DNA of 64,000 nucleotides from Catajapyx aquilonaris. Lineage: Eukaryota. Both the position numbers and the translations under genes were made by a program. Under the pieces are notes generated by a model that was given only the letters and a program-made list of their open reading frames with translations, did no database searches and was not told where the DNA came from. Below, piece by piece: positions 39,501 through 49,363 of this stretch. The stretch is from contig KZ538422.1 in the NCBI GenBank assembly GCA_000934665.2, forward strand, positions 1 through 64,000. Reading direction: 5' to 3'. The first letter of the stretch is position 1; each line of letters opens with the position of its first letter.

Positions 39501-42500
39501 AGGAGGTTGGCCCAGCATTTGCCATTCAACCTCCAAGGATAGGGAAGGAAGGAAGCGGCTGTGGCCTATTATACGGAAGCGACCCCGGAATTATCCTAGA
39601 AAGACCGTGGAAAACCACAGAAAACCACGGTCAAGGTTGCCGGCCCCGGGATTCGAACCCAGGACCTCCCGATTAGCAGTCGGACGCCTTATCCACTATG
39701 CCAACCTGCTTCGGTCCAGTACAGTATATGGAAGTGTGCGAAACTCAATTTGTGTCATTTGGTGGGTTANCCCCCCCCATTGAAAGAATCGGCGCTCCCC
39801 GAGGGTGGAATACCACCATTTTACCACTCTATTTTTCTGAACTTTTTTCATCACATGGGTGGGGCCAAGGATAGGGAAGGAAGGAAGTGGTTGTGGCCTA
39901 TTATACGGAAGCAACCCCGGAATTTTCCAGGGGGACCGTGGAAAACCACAGAAAACCATGGTCAGTGTCGCCAGCCCCAGGAATCAAACCCAGGACCTCC
40001 CGATTAGCAGTCAGACTCCTTAACCCTTGGCTTTCCAAGTATAATTCACATACTGCATTCAGGAGGGGGGCCTGAGCATTTGCCCTTGTCAGTGAATCAC
40101 TCCCTGTAACCTGCATATCGGTGGGGAAATCTGAAACAATTTTAAACTATTTTAAAAGGACACCTGCATTCCGGAGACCGTGAAAAATAGGCAAACAACC
40201 CCTGACTCGATATTATTGCGGGCTCTCGAAATAAGCATTTTGGCCGAAACTACGCTTGGATGCATAAATTATTATTTTCTGATCACACTATTTGCTCAAA
40301 AAATGTAAACTAAACGCTATTTTGTTGTAGAAGGAATCACACTATGATTGTCTCAAAGGTGAAGCCCAAATGTGCTATATTTCCCCAGATATAACAAAAA
40401 ATATGGCTTGGTCACAAAAATTGTCCACATCTCTGGAGAGCGAACATTTCGCACGTCACCGTCCGAGAGTTAACCACTACACCAACCTGCTTCGGTGTTA
40501 GGGTGGTATTGCACTGAGACTTTCTTGCTTTGCTCATCTTGCAGATTCCAAGAAATTCACACCTACCACATATAGCGGTAATAATACAGGGTGTTACCTG
40601 TAATTCGGGACAGACTTGTAGCCGGGTAATAGAGGGGACCCAGACAAGTCTTTTTCACATATGAACCAGTGTCCGGCAATGCCATCTAGAGGGGGTCAAT
40701 AGACGAGGGACAGGTGCGCTCAGACACATCAGGCGAGAGGCACTAGGCAACCGGATTGTTTAGTTGCTAGGTGGCTCGCAGATAGTAAACAATGGGGAAA
40801 CTTGCAGTAACCTGGCAATAACAGAGCCGTTGTTTACTATCCGCAGGCTACCTAGCAAGAGGGCTTTAGTTGCTAGGTGGGTCTGTTTTTTTTGTTGTTG
40901 TTTTTATTTTTCTAGATACAGCCGTAAGCGGATTTTGGGTGGGGTGGCATACCACCATCAGTTTTCTAGTGTTTTTACAACTTTTTTCTTCATTCTCTGG
41001 TGCAGGGAAACAGGGACATTGGGAAAGGATAGGGATTTTTGGGGCTAGGTGGGTCTGTTGTTGCCAGGTTAATTCGAATTGCGCCGTTGTTTACTATGTG
41101 CCTGCCACCTAGCAACTAAACGGTCCACTTGCCTAGCCCCTCCCGCCTGACGTGTCTGAGTGCACCTGTTCCTCATCTATTGACCCCCTCTACATGGCGT
41201 TTCCGGACATGGGTTCCTATGTGAAAAATATTTGTCTTGGTCCCCTCTATTACCTCTACAAGCTACAGGTTACACCCTGCTTATAATTGGGTTAGTGAAC
41301 CGCCCATTTGATGGGCATTTGGCACGGTACCTTTATTTGCTTTTTAGGTGTACAAGCTTTGTTGGTCCTTTTCCGTAACGCCCGGGTACCACGAGTGAAG
41401 GGGAATGAGTGGGAGGGGATGTGCGATGTCCAGTGCAATGTCGTCGCTATGGTCATTTTGTGAACTCCCCCGGGTGGTTAGTCTCAATGAATCCCACCCA
41501 AGACGAAGCCAGAGATTACCCTGAACTCTGCACGAGATTACGGGGGGAATCCCTGGGCTTGCGATTGAACCCTGGACCTTTACATCCATGGGCGCATAGG
41601 TTACTGCAGTGCCACTCCGCCTCCCCATATACCGGTATATGAGAACCCAATGGAGCTTTCAAATGTATGTTTCATTTTTTGCATATTATAAAAATGTTAA
41701 TGCATAAAAAATTGTTGCTCGATAATAAGCCAGTGGGATTTTAGGGGATTATCTTTTTAATTGACAGACTGTAATCATCGACTATGATGTGATGGATTTG
41801 ATTGTGGCAGGAATGGGAGAACCCCGAGAAAACCCACCTGAACACAGGCAGAATCCATGAAAACTCTTTTCACATGAGAAATTCCTCTGTCCAACTCAGG
41901 GATCAAAATCAGGACGTCACAGGTGGAAGGCTGTGGTGCTCATGACTACACCACTATGTCACGCCAATTTTGTAGTAAATTCAATACAAAGAGTAGGAAA
42001 AATTAACCTACCCTGTTTAATGAAACACCCTCATAGTAGACTGCAGCTAGGGGAGGCAAAGAGTTATTTTTACCTAGTTTTACCAAATGAAGGACCCACC
42101 CTACCACTGGAATGAGTATTTTGTTTATGACAGTATAAAACGATATATTGGGATTTGATCTTGCTTGTGTTGCTAGGGTGAAACATATTATAAATTATTT
42201 TTTTAAATGAGTGTAGAAAGGAAGCATCCATTGGCAGAAAAGTGAACTAAGGTTCATTTGTCAATGAAGAATTTCAATCTGTAGAAAAATGTAAGCTATA
42301 GCCCAATTGTAAATGGATGTATGGTCAATTGCAGAAAGGGAATCACAATCATTATTAATTTTGAGTGAACTATTGTAATCTTATTATTTGATTAATTACT
42401 GTACTTTGCAGACTATGTCCTTCTGGCAGAGATTCTGACCCAAAGGCCTCTTCGATTTCTGGGTTTCCAGCTGGCTGGCCATCTCTCTGAAAAGGACATT

Positions 42501-42970
42501 AACTATATGAAGAAGATGGCAGCTGAGCGCTTTGACCAAATCAATGAAGTCCTGCGTGCTATGCCAAAAAATATGTTGTTGGTTATTAGGTAAGTCTGAC
42601 ACCTACTGCTTTACAGCATTTGTAAGTTCATTTCCTTGGCAGGAACATAAACACAGTGAGGTCTATAATAAAAGAACATGGGTATCCCGTTGATCGGTAC
42701 ACGCTGATGGCAGAACGAGCTGTTCATGGAATGTTTACTGGGAGAGGTAGTGGTCTTTTTCAAGAGATATTAGGAAGATGGGAAGGCCTGTTGTTTGACA
42801 CCCAGCTCATGTGAGTTGTCAAGTTTTGGGTGACGAATTACGTATCAAAGGCCCTTTTTTTTTGCAGCATCAACTATTTAATGCACATGTTGACGAAGAC
42901 TTTCCTGAGATTTTTGCATCTTATTGGTCGTGCACCAGACCTCAGCCAAATTGCACCTGAGATGGCATAA
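29479..42970 (+). CDS. ADCK5: aarF/ABC1-domain atypical kinase ADCK5, 555 aa; exons 29479-29708, 29775-30000, 36618-36911, 36970-37101, 37159-37324, 38696-38866, 42412-42589, 42643-42810, 42868-42970
   Basis: ABC1 motifs [45 protein letters not shown] and LLDHGLY. ADCK5-type [19 protein letters not shown] and RNINTVRSI...[12 protein letters not shown]. All introns are GT-AG and phase-consistent (1668 nt). AATAAA at 43049. Confidence 0.93.
30542..30848 (-). mobile_element. SINE family A, full length, V-domain-like core, (ATT)n tail
   Basis: 14-bp TSD GAATGCAGATACAT (30528-30541, 30849-30862). tRNA-like head GGCGACACGGTGGCGGAGTGGTTAGCGC...GAGTTCGATCCC. Core GTTCTCTCCGTGTTCGCGGGGTTTTCTCGGGTTCTCCCGTTTCCTCCC. 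Confidence 0.9.
31451..31988. mobile_element. Tc1/mariner-type MITE (TA TSD) carrying two Helitron-like 5' fragments
   Basis: TA-CAGGAGTTTCTGAATTCAGCCGACAAGCTTCTAGGGGTAATAGAGGGGACCAA and its reverse complement ...CTCCCTG-TA. Internal TCTAT(AT)CAATAAAGAC...(CTGT)n units at ~31519 and ~31705. Related to 40587-41279. Confidence 0.75.
32062..36024 (+). mobile_element. Autonomous Sola2-type DNA transposon, 3,963 bp
   Basis: Termini GGGTAAATCCAT / GTGGACTTACCC (GRG...CYC). 4-bp TSD TTCT at 32058-32061 and 36025-36028. ~600-bp highly similar inverted repeats (~32095-32702 and ~35365-35982) enclose one long ORF. Confidence 0.88.
32872..35220 (+). CDS. Sola2-type DDD transposase, 782 aa, uninterrupted
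   Basis: Motifs [28 protein letters not shown] and [18 protein letters not shown]. Candidate catalytic Asp codons at 34516, 34768 and 34891. N-terminal Cys/His domain CCDP..H...LIPGQKLC..C. Confidence 0.9.
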   Translation: MACSVGYILNEPCPSGSRDVVLHSISREEEELVQLRIGHSETIENVCDEHRNRLLRVYSVKQKKCCDPLAMHSDEIRRKNIRPITLDTVHNSALELIPGQKLCTPCRKAILQYHISHDDDNCENDSEPEGAGNESDAPYEPIEGALSEVISSLNESVVPLVGESPIVAKKMTQKKYPGKKLKQIHEGVRKRLKMTPEGENEQQIQLRSSADYAEEMLSQLKDKFNVATNRSERMQILTVLPRSWSIRKIMGQFNTTYHMARGSKRLQQEKGVLSSPNPKPGKSLDDTTVKTVREFFESDDVSRCMPGKKDCVTVRICGKKEVVQKRLLLCNLKEAYSYFKEQNPTAKIGSSKFAELRPKNVVLAGASGTHNVCTCLTHQNVKLMVEGMQLKTTPEFEDLLDNYTGNISYKHLIAAITCNPPQPTCLLNECMMCSSKKDSESCDYCSGEEHDESESQLFCPCCDRIRSLRSAISDRFEELQSDYITYRSWVSADRTTLEVITKGTDDFMEILMERLVALRRHDFIAKQQASFLRSKKESIREGEIVVLCDFSENYSFVVQDAVQGYHWTNDQATIHPFLTYYYCPETPEIKTISYVIISNSMTHDTIAVHLFIKKLITYLKTKIPVSHISYFSDGAASQYKNRKNFLNLAHHHHDFGILADWHFFATSHGKGPCDGLGGTVKRLAAKASLQRPNENHITTAEQLFQWAEGAFNSVAFHYVAKEDVKIEEALLQERMDAAIPIRGTQKLHSFQPVSGSCDKVTVRMYSTEERGKIVRVGRLKSE
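36285..36394. mobile_element. 110-bp MITE with AT flanks and internal CTGCTAA/TTAGCAG repeats
   Basis: AT-GGAGTGGAATTTTCGTCCCACTG / CAGTGGGACGAAAATTCCACCC-AT. Confidence 0.65.
37357..38643. mobile_element. pogo/Tigger-like MITE (TA TSD) filling an ADCK5 intron, with internal duplication and palindrome
   Basis: TA-CAGTAAAATCTCGATATAA / TTATATTGAGGTTTTACTG-TA. Subterminal CCCGC(T/A)TATA repeats. Confidence 0.75.
39535..40030 (-). mobile_element. Two adjacent copies of tRNA-derived SINE family C
   Basis: GGATAGGGAAGGAAGGAAG(C/T)GG(C/T)TGTGGCCTATTATACGGAAG...GGAAAACCACAGAAAACCA...AACCCAGGACCTCCCGATTAGCAGTC occurs twice and matches 62001-62306. Confidence 0.85.
40587..41279. mobile_element. Tc1/mariner-type fold-back MITE
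   Basis: CAGGGTGTTACCTGTA / TACAGGTTACACCCTG termini with long (~190-bp) imperfect inverted arms. Same family as 31451-31988. Confidence 0.75.
41290..41627 (-). mobile_element. tRNA-derived SINE family D
   Basis: Similar to 57774-58118. Minus-strand head GGGGAGGCGGAGTGGCACTGCAG...GGTCCAGGGTTCAATC. Confidence 0.7.
41765..41965 (-). mobile_element. SINE family A, degenerate copy
   Basis: GTGATGGATTT...GGGAGAACCCCGAGAAAACCC...AGGTGGAAGGCTGTGGTGCT matches 30542-30848. Confidence 0.75.
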
Positions 42971-43345
42971 GTTTTTGTTATTTTTGGGTTATGATGTTAT
43001 TTCTTTACATTTTTATCTGAATTAAAAACAGATGAAGAGTCTATATACAATAAAATGCTCTCAGGGATGCTTGCTACAGTTCCAGCCAGTGTTATGTTCT
43101 GGATGAAAAAGATTATGCTAGTGTTCTATTTAGAAGGTTGTGATAAAAAGATAGTGTCTCCTTTATATTGTCAAGCAATATTTTCATAATTAAAGGAAAA
43201 ATGGTTTGAAATACTGTTGTATTGTTGGGGCTTGTTGCTCCCATTCTTCCCGTCAGGAATCTAAATAGTATCCCCTTAACATTGGCATATCATGCACAAT
43301 GCTTTTTTCATCAATGCTTAGCTCTTGTGTTATAGGAATCATAAT

Positions 43346-43594
43346 GAGGGCTGTGGGGGAAAAACATGATAACTGACATTTTTGTCATTTTTTACCTAAA
43401 CACCTAGCAACTATGTATAAGACATGACAAACAGTTTGGTATACTCCAAGTTCATGTATCATGCATGAGACGGCCACACGGACTAGATCAAAACCAGCAT
43501 TCCCTATGATTTGTTAAGCAAATTCAAACTTCAATTCGCTCTCCTGAAAAATTACTCTTTTGTCAGTTATCATGTTTTTCCCCCCACACCCCCC
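43346..43594. mobile_element. MITE, probably Sola-like
   Basis: TIR GAGGGCTGTGGGGGAAAAACATGATAACTGACA / TGTCAGTTATCATGTTTTTCCCCCCACACCCCCC. The flanks TAAT/ATAT are an imperfect TSD. Confidence 0.6.
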
Positions 43595-44189
43595 ATATCA
43601 ACTCCTTATGATTAAAAACTGCATTTCTAGGTTTTTACCTACTCTTTATTCTGTAGGCAGAACACCAGAACCAAAATATCGATCCATTTTATAATACAAG
43701 GACCTCAAAAATCATGGTTTTATAGACCCTAAAATTGCCTATTTTGAACGTAGGAACCTAAATGCCTATTAGTGCCTGTTAGTACCTATTTACACCTTTT
43801 TGACATTGTTCTTTAAGATTTTCGAGAGTTCTGCAGGTTTTCTATTCAAGGCATCCCTCCTGCTTCCATCTGCCATACATTAGTAGCTTCCATTGAGCAA
43901 GGTGGTCCCCCTCCTTTTCCAAGGACATCATAATCAAGTCCATGTGGAATTGATTCCAGACTACAGAAGCCTCATGCATGACATCTAAATATCAATTATA
44001 GATCATTATAGATAGAACCCTCTTGGAGTAGAATACACTGGTTCCACAGGTGTGGTAACCTCTCCAGGGCCTCCAGGAACCACTTTTTGGTGGTATGACA
44101 CACCCACCCCCGGACAACTGCTCAGAGTCAACAACTGTCAACAATGTCCTCGAAATGGCGTCGGCGAAGGGATTTTTTCATTTATCCGG

Positions 44190-44503
44190 GTTTGGGTGCT
44201 TCCACACCCGGCATACTACCCCTATATGGCACCCAGTAACTTTCACCTGTTCGAATCCATTTAAAAATTCCTCCGCATATGCTATTTCGAGAATGTTGAA
44301 CAGGAAGCAGTTGTCTGGGAGTGTGCGCGCTGCACCACCAAAAAGTGATTCCAGGAGGGCCAGGAGAGGTGGACATACCCTTGGTGCCAGTGCATTCGCC
44401 TCCAGGAGGGTTCTATTGATAATGTGTGCATATCTGCTGACCTGCATGGGCCCTGCATTTGTGGCAAAAAAATAAAGTGTAAAGACTTTCTGAACGCCCC
44501 TTG
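44190..44503 (+). pseudogene. Degenerate mariner transposase C-terminus plus right TIR
   Basis: LPHPAYYPYMAPSNFHLF resembles mariner HPPYSPDLAPSDFHLF. The segment ends in ACTTTCTGAACGCCCCTTG-TA, a mariner-like TIR. Confidence 0.75.
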
Positions 44504-44719
44504 TACTAATAACAACTTCCCATAAACTCACTGTGGGCCACTTCAAATCAATCCTAGAAGGCAACCTTTGAAGCGACAACTGGAACTACCTTTTACTTTT
44601 CAGGAGAGAGGAAATCAATGACTCTTCATGTTGTTGGGATAAGGGTTCAAACATGGTAATTTTATGTGAATTTGTGTTGCAATCCTGAATAAGGAAATTA
44701 ATATTATGAAGTTTGAGTT

Positions 44720-45089
44720 GAGGGTAGTACATGGCCGAGATGGTAACGTCTCGGCTTGCTGAGTGAAAGGTCCCAGGTTCGAGCCCCCGCCTGGGGAGTT
44801 CCCTTTCACCTGCGTCAGGAGGGTCTCTGACCTGCACCTTGGAGGTGTCTGGCAACCTAATCTCCTGGGGGACTGCACATGGCCCAAACTTGAGAAAATG
44901 CACCTGCACCCGTGTCCCCTCCCAGAAAATCCCTATCCTTACCTAACGTCCTTGTTTCCTTGCACCGGAGATTGAAGGAAAAAAAAGTATATGTACTAGA
45001 AAACTGATGGTGGTGTGCCACCCCCAAAAAGGCCCTTGGAGGCCTGTCATGGGGTAAAATAAAAATATATATATATATATATATTTTTT
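44720..45089 (+). mobile_element. SINE family B, full length
   Basis: 11-bp TSD AAGTTTGAGTT (44709-44719, 45090-45100), tRNA-like head, AT-rich tail, similar to 6486-6844. Confidence 0.85.
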
Positions 45090-45860
45090 AAGTTTGAGTT
45101 CTCACAGGTATTGTCATGGACCAAACCTGATGGCTGAGGGCAGACCATGGATGTAAGATTTATCCTTGTTAGTGATTGTTGTCAACACTAAGCATAACAA
45201 CATATTAGATGAGAATGTGTCTGGTTGAAACCATGCTGCATAATGTAAATGAAAAAAATGAAGCTAAAATTGCGAAAGAATGAAAACTGGGATCCAGGGA
45301 TCAATGTATTGAGAATTTGAAATTTTGTCAAACTGTTTGATGAAATCCCTTTGAAGGCTTCACAGGAACACAATGTTAGGTTACTAATACAATGTTACTA
45401 ATACGATGGATTTTTTTTTTAAATGTGCCATCCCTGATCTCTTCCTGTGGCCCTTTGAAGTCTAGCTAAATTGTAAATAAGCAATAAACCCCTGTTTATC
45501 AGTTGATTTGCACTGTTTTGAAACTTAAGCTTTCACGGTTTCTCAACACAATTTTATAAGGAACGAACTGTTGCGTCCTGAATGGATTGAATATTGTACG
45601 TACATTAAGACTACTGCATACTGATTGTTCGATACAATCATCTACCTATCCACCAGCTCATAGGAATTACATAATCATCCATAGTGCTTAATCCTATACT
45701 AGTATACAACAATGATACAAGGACCATCAACTTGTTCAGGATTTACAACCGCCCACGCAACTAGAGACGTAAGAAAAACCAGCATTCACCTAATAAAATC
45801 ACTGCTAAAAATGATTGTATCCAATTGCAATTCATATTACCGCTGGTTTTGGGTCTTCCA

Positions 45861-46253
45861 GTGACGTCAAATTCTGTTCGACCAATGGCGAGACAGCAAC
45901 CTCATACGCTTATAGCTCGTTATGAACACACCCACGACCCTGAACCGCAGCCTGAACACACCCTGTTACCGAAGAATAAACTGACCTATTTGCTAATATT
46001 CATTCTACAGCCCTCCTTACATATGAGAGGCGACTGTAAACTGCATAACGCATTGTTTTATTTTTATTACTATTACTCCGAGATAAAGCAGTCGTGGACC
46101 AATCAAAAGTCATGACGTAACGGACAAACATAAACAAGAGCTCTGCTCTGGTTGGCTGAATTATTGCATAAGATTTAGGGGAGGCTGGACTCTGGGCTGA
46201 GGGAAGACACATCGAACGTCTCGTCCGCAGTAATTCGTCCACAATCACTAACC
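45861..46253 (+). promoter_or_regulatory. Candidate promoter and non-coding first exon of the TP53INP/DOR gene
   Basis: CRE TGACGTCA (45862), CCAAT (45882, 46099), TGACGTAA (46113), forkhead-type TAAACAA (46131) and donor GTAAGT at 46254. The DOR ATG is preceded by an acceptor at 59313. Confidence 0.45.
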
Positions 46254-47117
46254 GTAAGTGGAATTTCCATGCACTTTTAGGTTGGAATTGATATTGAAAC
46301 TTGTACGAATCGATCGTGCATACAAAATTCTATGCATAGTTGAACGATAGTGCAGGGTAGTGAAAGTGACAGTTGGTGACAGGTAGTGTTGTGTAAGTTT
46401 TATGCTGGGGAATATACAGTAGGGGCTGATATGTTTTTTTCCCCTGTACTGTGAAGAGTGACAGGATTTTTTACAAATGAGTTGAGGGATGGTTGCCAGT
46501 ATGTACACGTCATGTTTGAAGATTACACAACCTGGCCTTTCTGGCAGTTCCCCCTGAAGCAAGGCTGACGGGAGGCAGGAAAAAGAACAAATTGGGGCTC
46601 CTTACCCATCATTACGTGTAGAGTACTCTTTGCCAAAGGGGGAAGTGGGCAGTTAACAATAATCTGTGGTTTGCCACTTGCACATGTAGGAGTTATTTGC
46701 GCATATATATATATATGCGTGTGTTGCACCTCAGTTGCAAGATTGGAAGTTCCTGTTGTGCTTAAGGAATTGCTGTCAGTGCCTGAGAGATGTTTCACTT
46801 GTTGCTACTGGTTCAGTATGTTACCAAAGATTTTGGGACTCATGACAAAGTCTTGGCAGCTGGTTGGCAGTTAGAACTTGGGATGAAGCCAAGAAATTTC
46901 ATCTTGCAATTGGACATCTTTGGAAAATGTGCGAATAAATAAATATGCCTTCAGTAAGACATCTATCAGACTTCCTGTAGATGATGTTACATAATTTGAC
47001 ACAGGGATGAGGAGAAAAATAATTTGACAGTAGCATAAACAGCATAGTGGCAACATTTGAAACTAACTACTAGGCATTTCAATAGGAACACCCTGTTTAT
47101 GAATAAATAGGCTTGTA

Positions 47118-47537
47118 CAGGGTGTTCCAATTGAAATGTCTAGTACCGGTAGTTAGTTTCAAATGTTGCCACTACCCCACTACGCTGGATATTTTTAATC
47201 AGTTACTATTGCATAGTTACTAGGGACTATCAAAAGTATTGTCTGCTAATATTAGGCCAAATTGAATCATGTGTTGAAACTGTTAATTGCAATGAATTTC
47301 TGATTAAGAATGGTCCCTTAGAACAAGTGGCATTAGATGTCAATGATAGAACACATTTTTCAATGCCAGACCCCTTTTGTAGGCTTTAAAAAGGATGGGT
47401 CCACACAACCTCACATTAGCAGCTATATAATAGTTGCAGTAACCACTAAGAGTAACTCTGAAAAATAGCTTCTTTAGATCAGCAGCTTTGTGCCAAAAAG
47501 TTGCTAACCAATAAGGCATCATAATTGGAACACCCTG
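47118..47537. mobile_element. Tc1/mariner-type MITE
   Basis: TA-CAGGGTGTTCCAATT / AATTGGAACACCCTG-TA. Confidence 0.7.
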
Positions 47538-49290
47538 TATTTTAACTTTACAACTAACCTCTTTCATGATTGTTTATTGTGATAATTTCTTTCTACACTT
47601 CCAATGAAATCTTGAGCTAGATGCCACATAATGAACATAAACATTATCATGGTTACAATCTTGCACTGCCTGAATTTGTCTTTTTTTTTTCTTTCTCTGG
47701 AGGCTGTTGACCACTGGGTGTGACCTTAATTTATCAGGGATTGTTGGCTGTCACATTAAAAGTTTCATGAACTAACCTGACACATTTATCATGTACTGTA
47801 CCCAGACATATCTGAGCGAGTCATGCTAATACAAGTCTGATTTACTAATCAGTGTTTATGTGTGCCAGAAAAATAAATGCATGGCTCTTGCATTCCATCA
47901 AAGTGTGGAGATAGCTTTACATGTGACAGTCATTGTACAGTAACAGTGCTGTCTGTGTGGGAGGCCAAAGTCCCTATATCAGTGCCCTAGTGAACTGTAT
48001 AAAGTGCGAGGTTCAGGACAGGTCTGAAAATACAATTCAGTAATCCTTAAAAAGCTTGGCACGAATTAGGGCTCTGGGAAGTTGGCTCCTGTCAGTACCA
48101 CTCTCCTCTAGTTGACTCACGGAACATTTGAGTCCAGACACATGCCGAAGGTCACTTTAAATTCTAGTTTTTCCTGCCTATTTGCAACTGGCTAAATCAT
48201 ATACACATTATGTGCTGTTACAAAATATTTGGCGTCCTTTTTCCAGACTTCTTGAAAATCCAGTTATCGGAATGATGAGTGGCTGCTAGCCAAGTCTGAC
48301 TTAGTAAATTTCTGCCCATTGTGTCATGTTGGATGACGTTACTTTATTCCTCATGAAATACTGGCCATTAAAAATTATTGAGGTCAACCACATTCCTAGT
48401 TTGGGGAGGTCACTGTTAGACAAGTGTGTAGTCTTTAGCACGACGCCAGTCCTACCTCCACAACTAGTTCTGCAGCAATGCTCATCGTTCAAGGGACGGA
48501 TGGAAAAGTAGAAGGTTGTGGGGCTTGAAGGCTGATGTGCATCATTGATCCATGCATGTAATGAGTAGGAGGGAGTAGTAGGAGTGTTCCTTCCAGAACT
48601 TGTTTAGCTTCATATATTGCGTGAATAAGTGGGTTGCATTGCATTACATCAGCAGATGCAGTAAAATCTAAAATAGTCTTCTGCACAAGTGTCATGATCA
48701 TTGCTTGTAGTGTGCCAGTACCCATTGGGTACAAGGCCATGCTAACAAATTCATCCACACATGATCCACACTAAACAAAAATGTAAGAAATGTGGCATAT
48801 TGGCATGCCTCCCTTAGAAATTTTTTTGTCATTAATGATGTAAATGCAGTTTAGATCATTAACTAGGGTACATTCCTGACAGGAGTTCAATGTTGTTTGC
48901 ATGTGCATATTTTGAAATAGGTGGAATGTGTGTTCACATGATAACCATCTAAAAATGCGTGTACTACATGTGTATTTGGACATTTCGTGCGTCAGTTAGC
49001 CAGGAGAAAAAACATTCTTCCACTATCAGATTGTGGCACCCAGTTTGTTTATCGATCTGGGGTTTTTGCACTATGGCCCAAGACTGTCGTGTTTATGTTT
49101 TCTACTGATCTTTATAGTGGGGTCGGGTGGGGGTGTGTGTGTTCCTCATTGAGAGGCAGAAAGTTACACAAGATCCCCACACTGAACACACATTTGTCCT
49201 ACTTTGAACCAAAATAGGTTCATCACAATTGCCTCATCCATTGCTGATTGGCAATGTAAAATAATTTTATCACATGCCATCCTCTCCTGG

Positions 49291-49363
49291 TCTCTCATAG
49301 CTCAATGGAAAGAGCGACAACTGTTACAGTTGGAGGTCCTGGGTTCGATTCCTGGTGAGGGCA
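49291..49363 (+). pseudogene. tRNA-like sequence (tRNA pseudogene or isolated SINE head)
   Basis: TAGCTCAATGGAAAGAGC D-arm and GGTTCGATTCC T-arm are present. The acceptor stem is imperfect and the anticodon arm is irregular (CAACTGTTACAGTTG). Confidence 0.55.

Noticed and set aside
49291..49363. Functional tRNA gene
   Set aside because: The anticodon arm cannot form a canonical 5-bp stem with a 7-nt loop, and the acceptor and T stems are weak. Kept only as tRNA-like.
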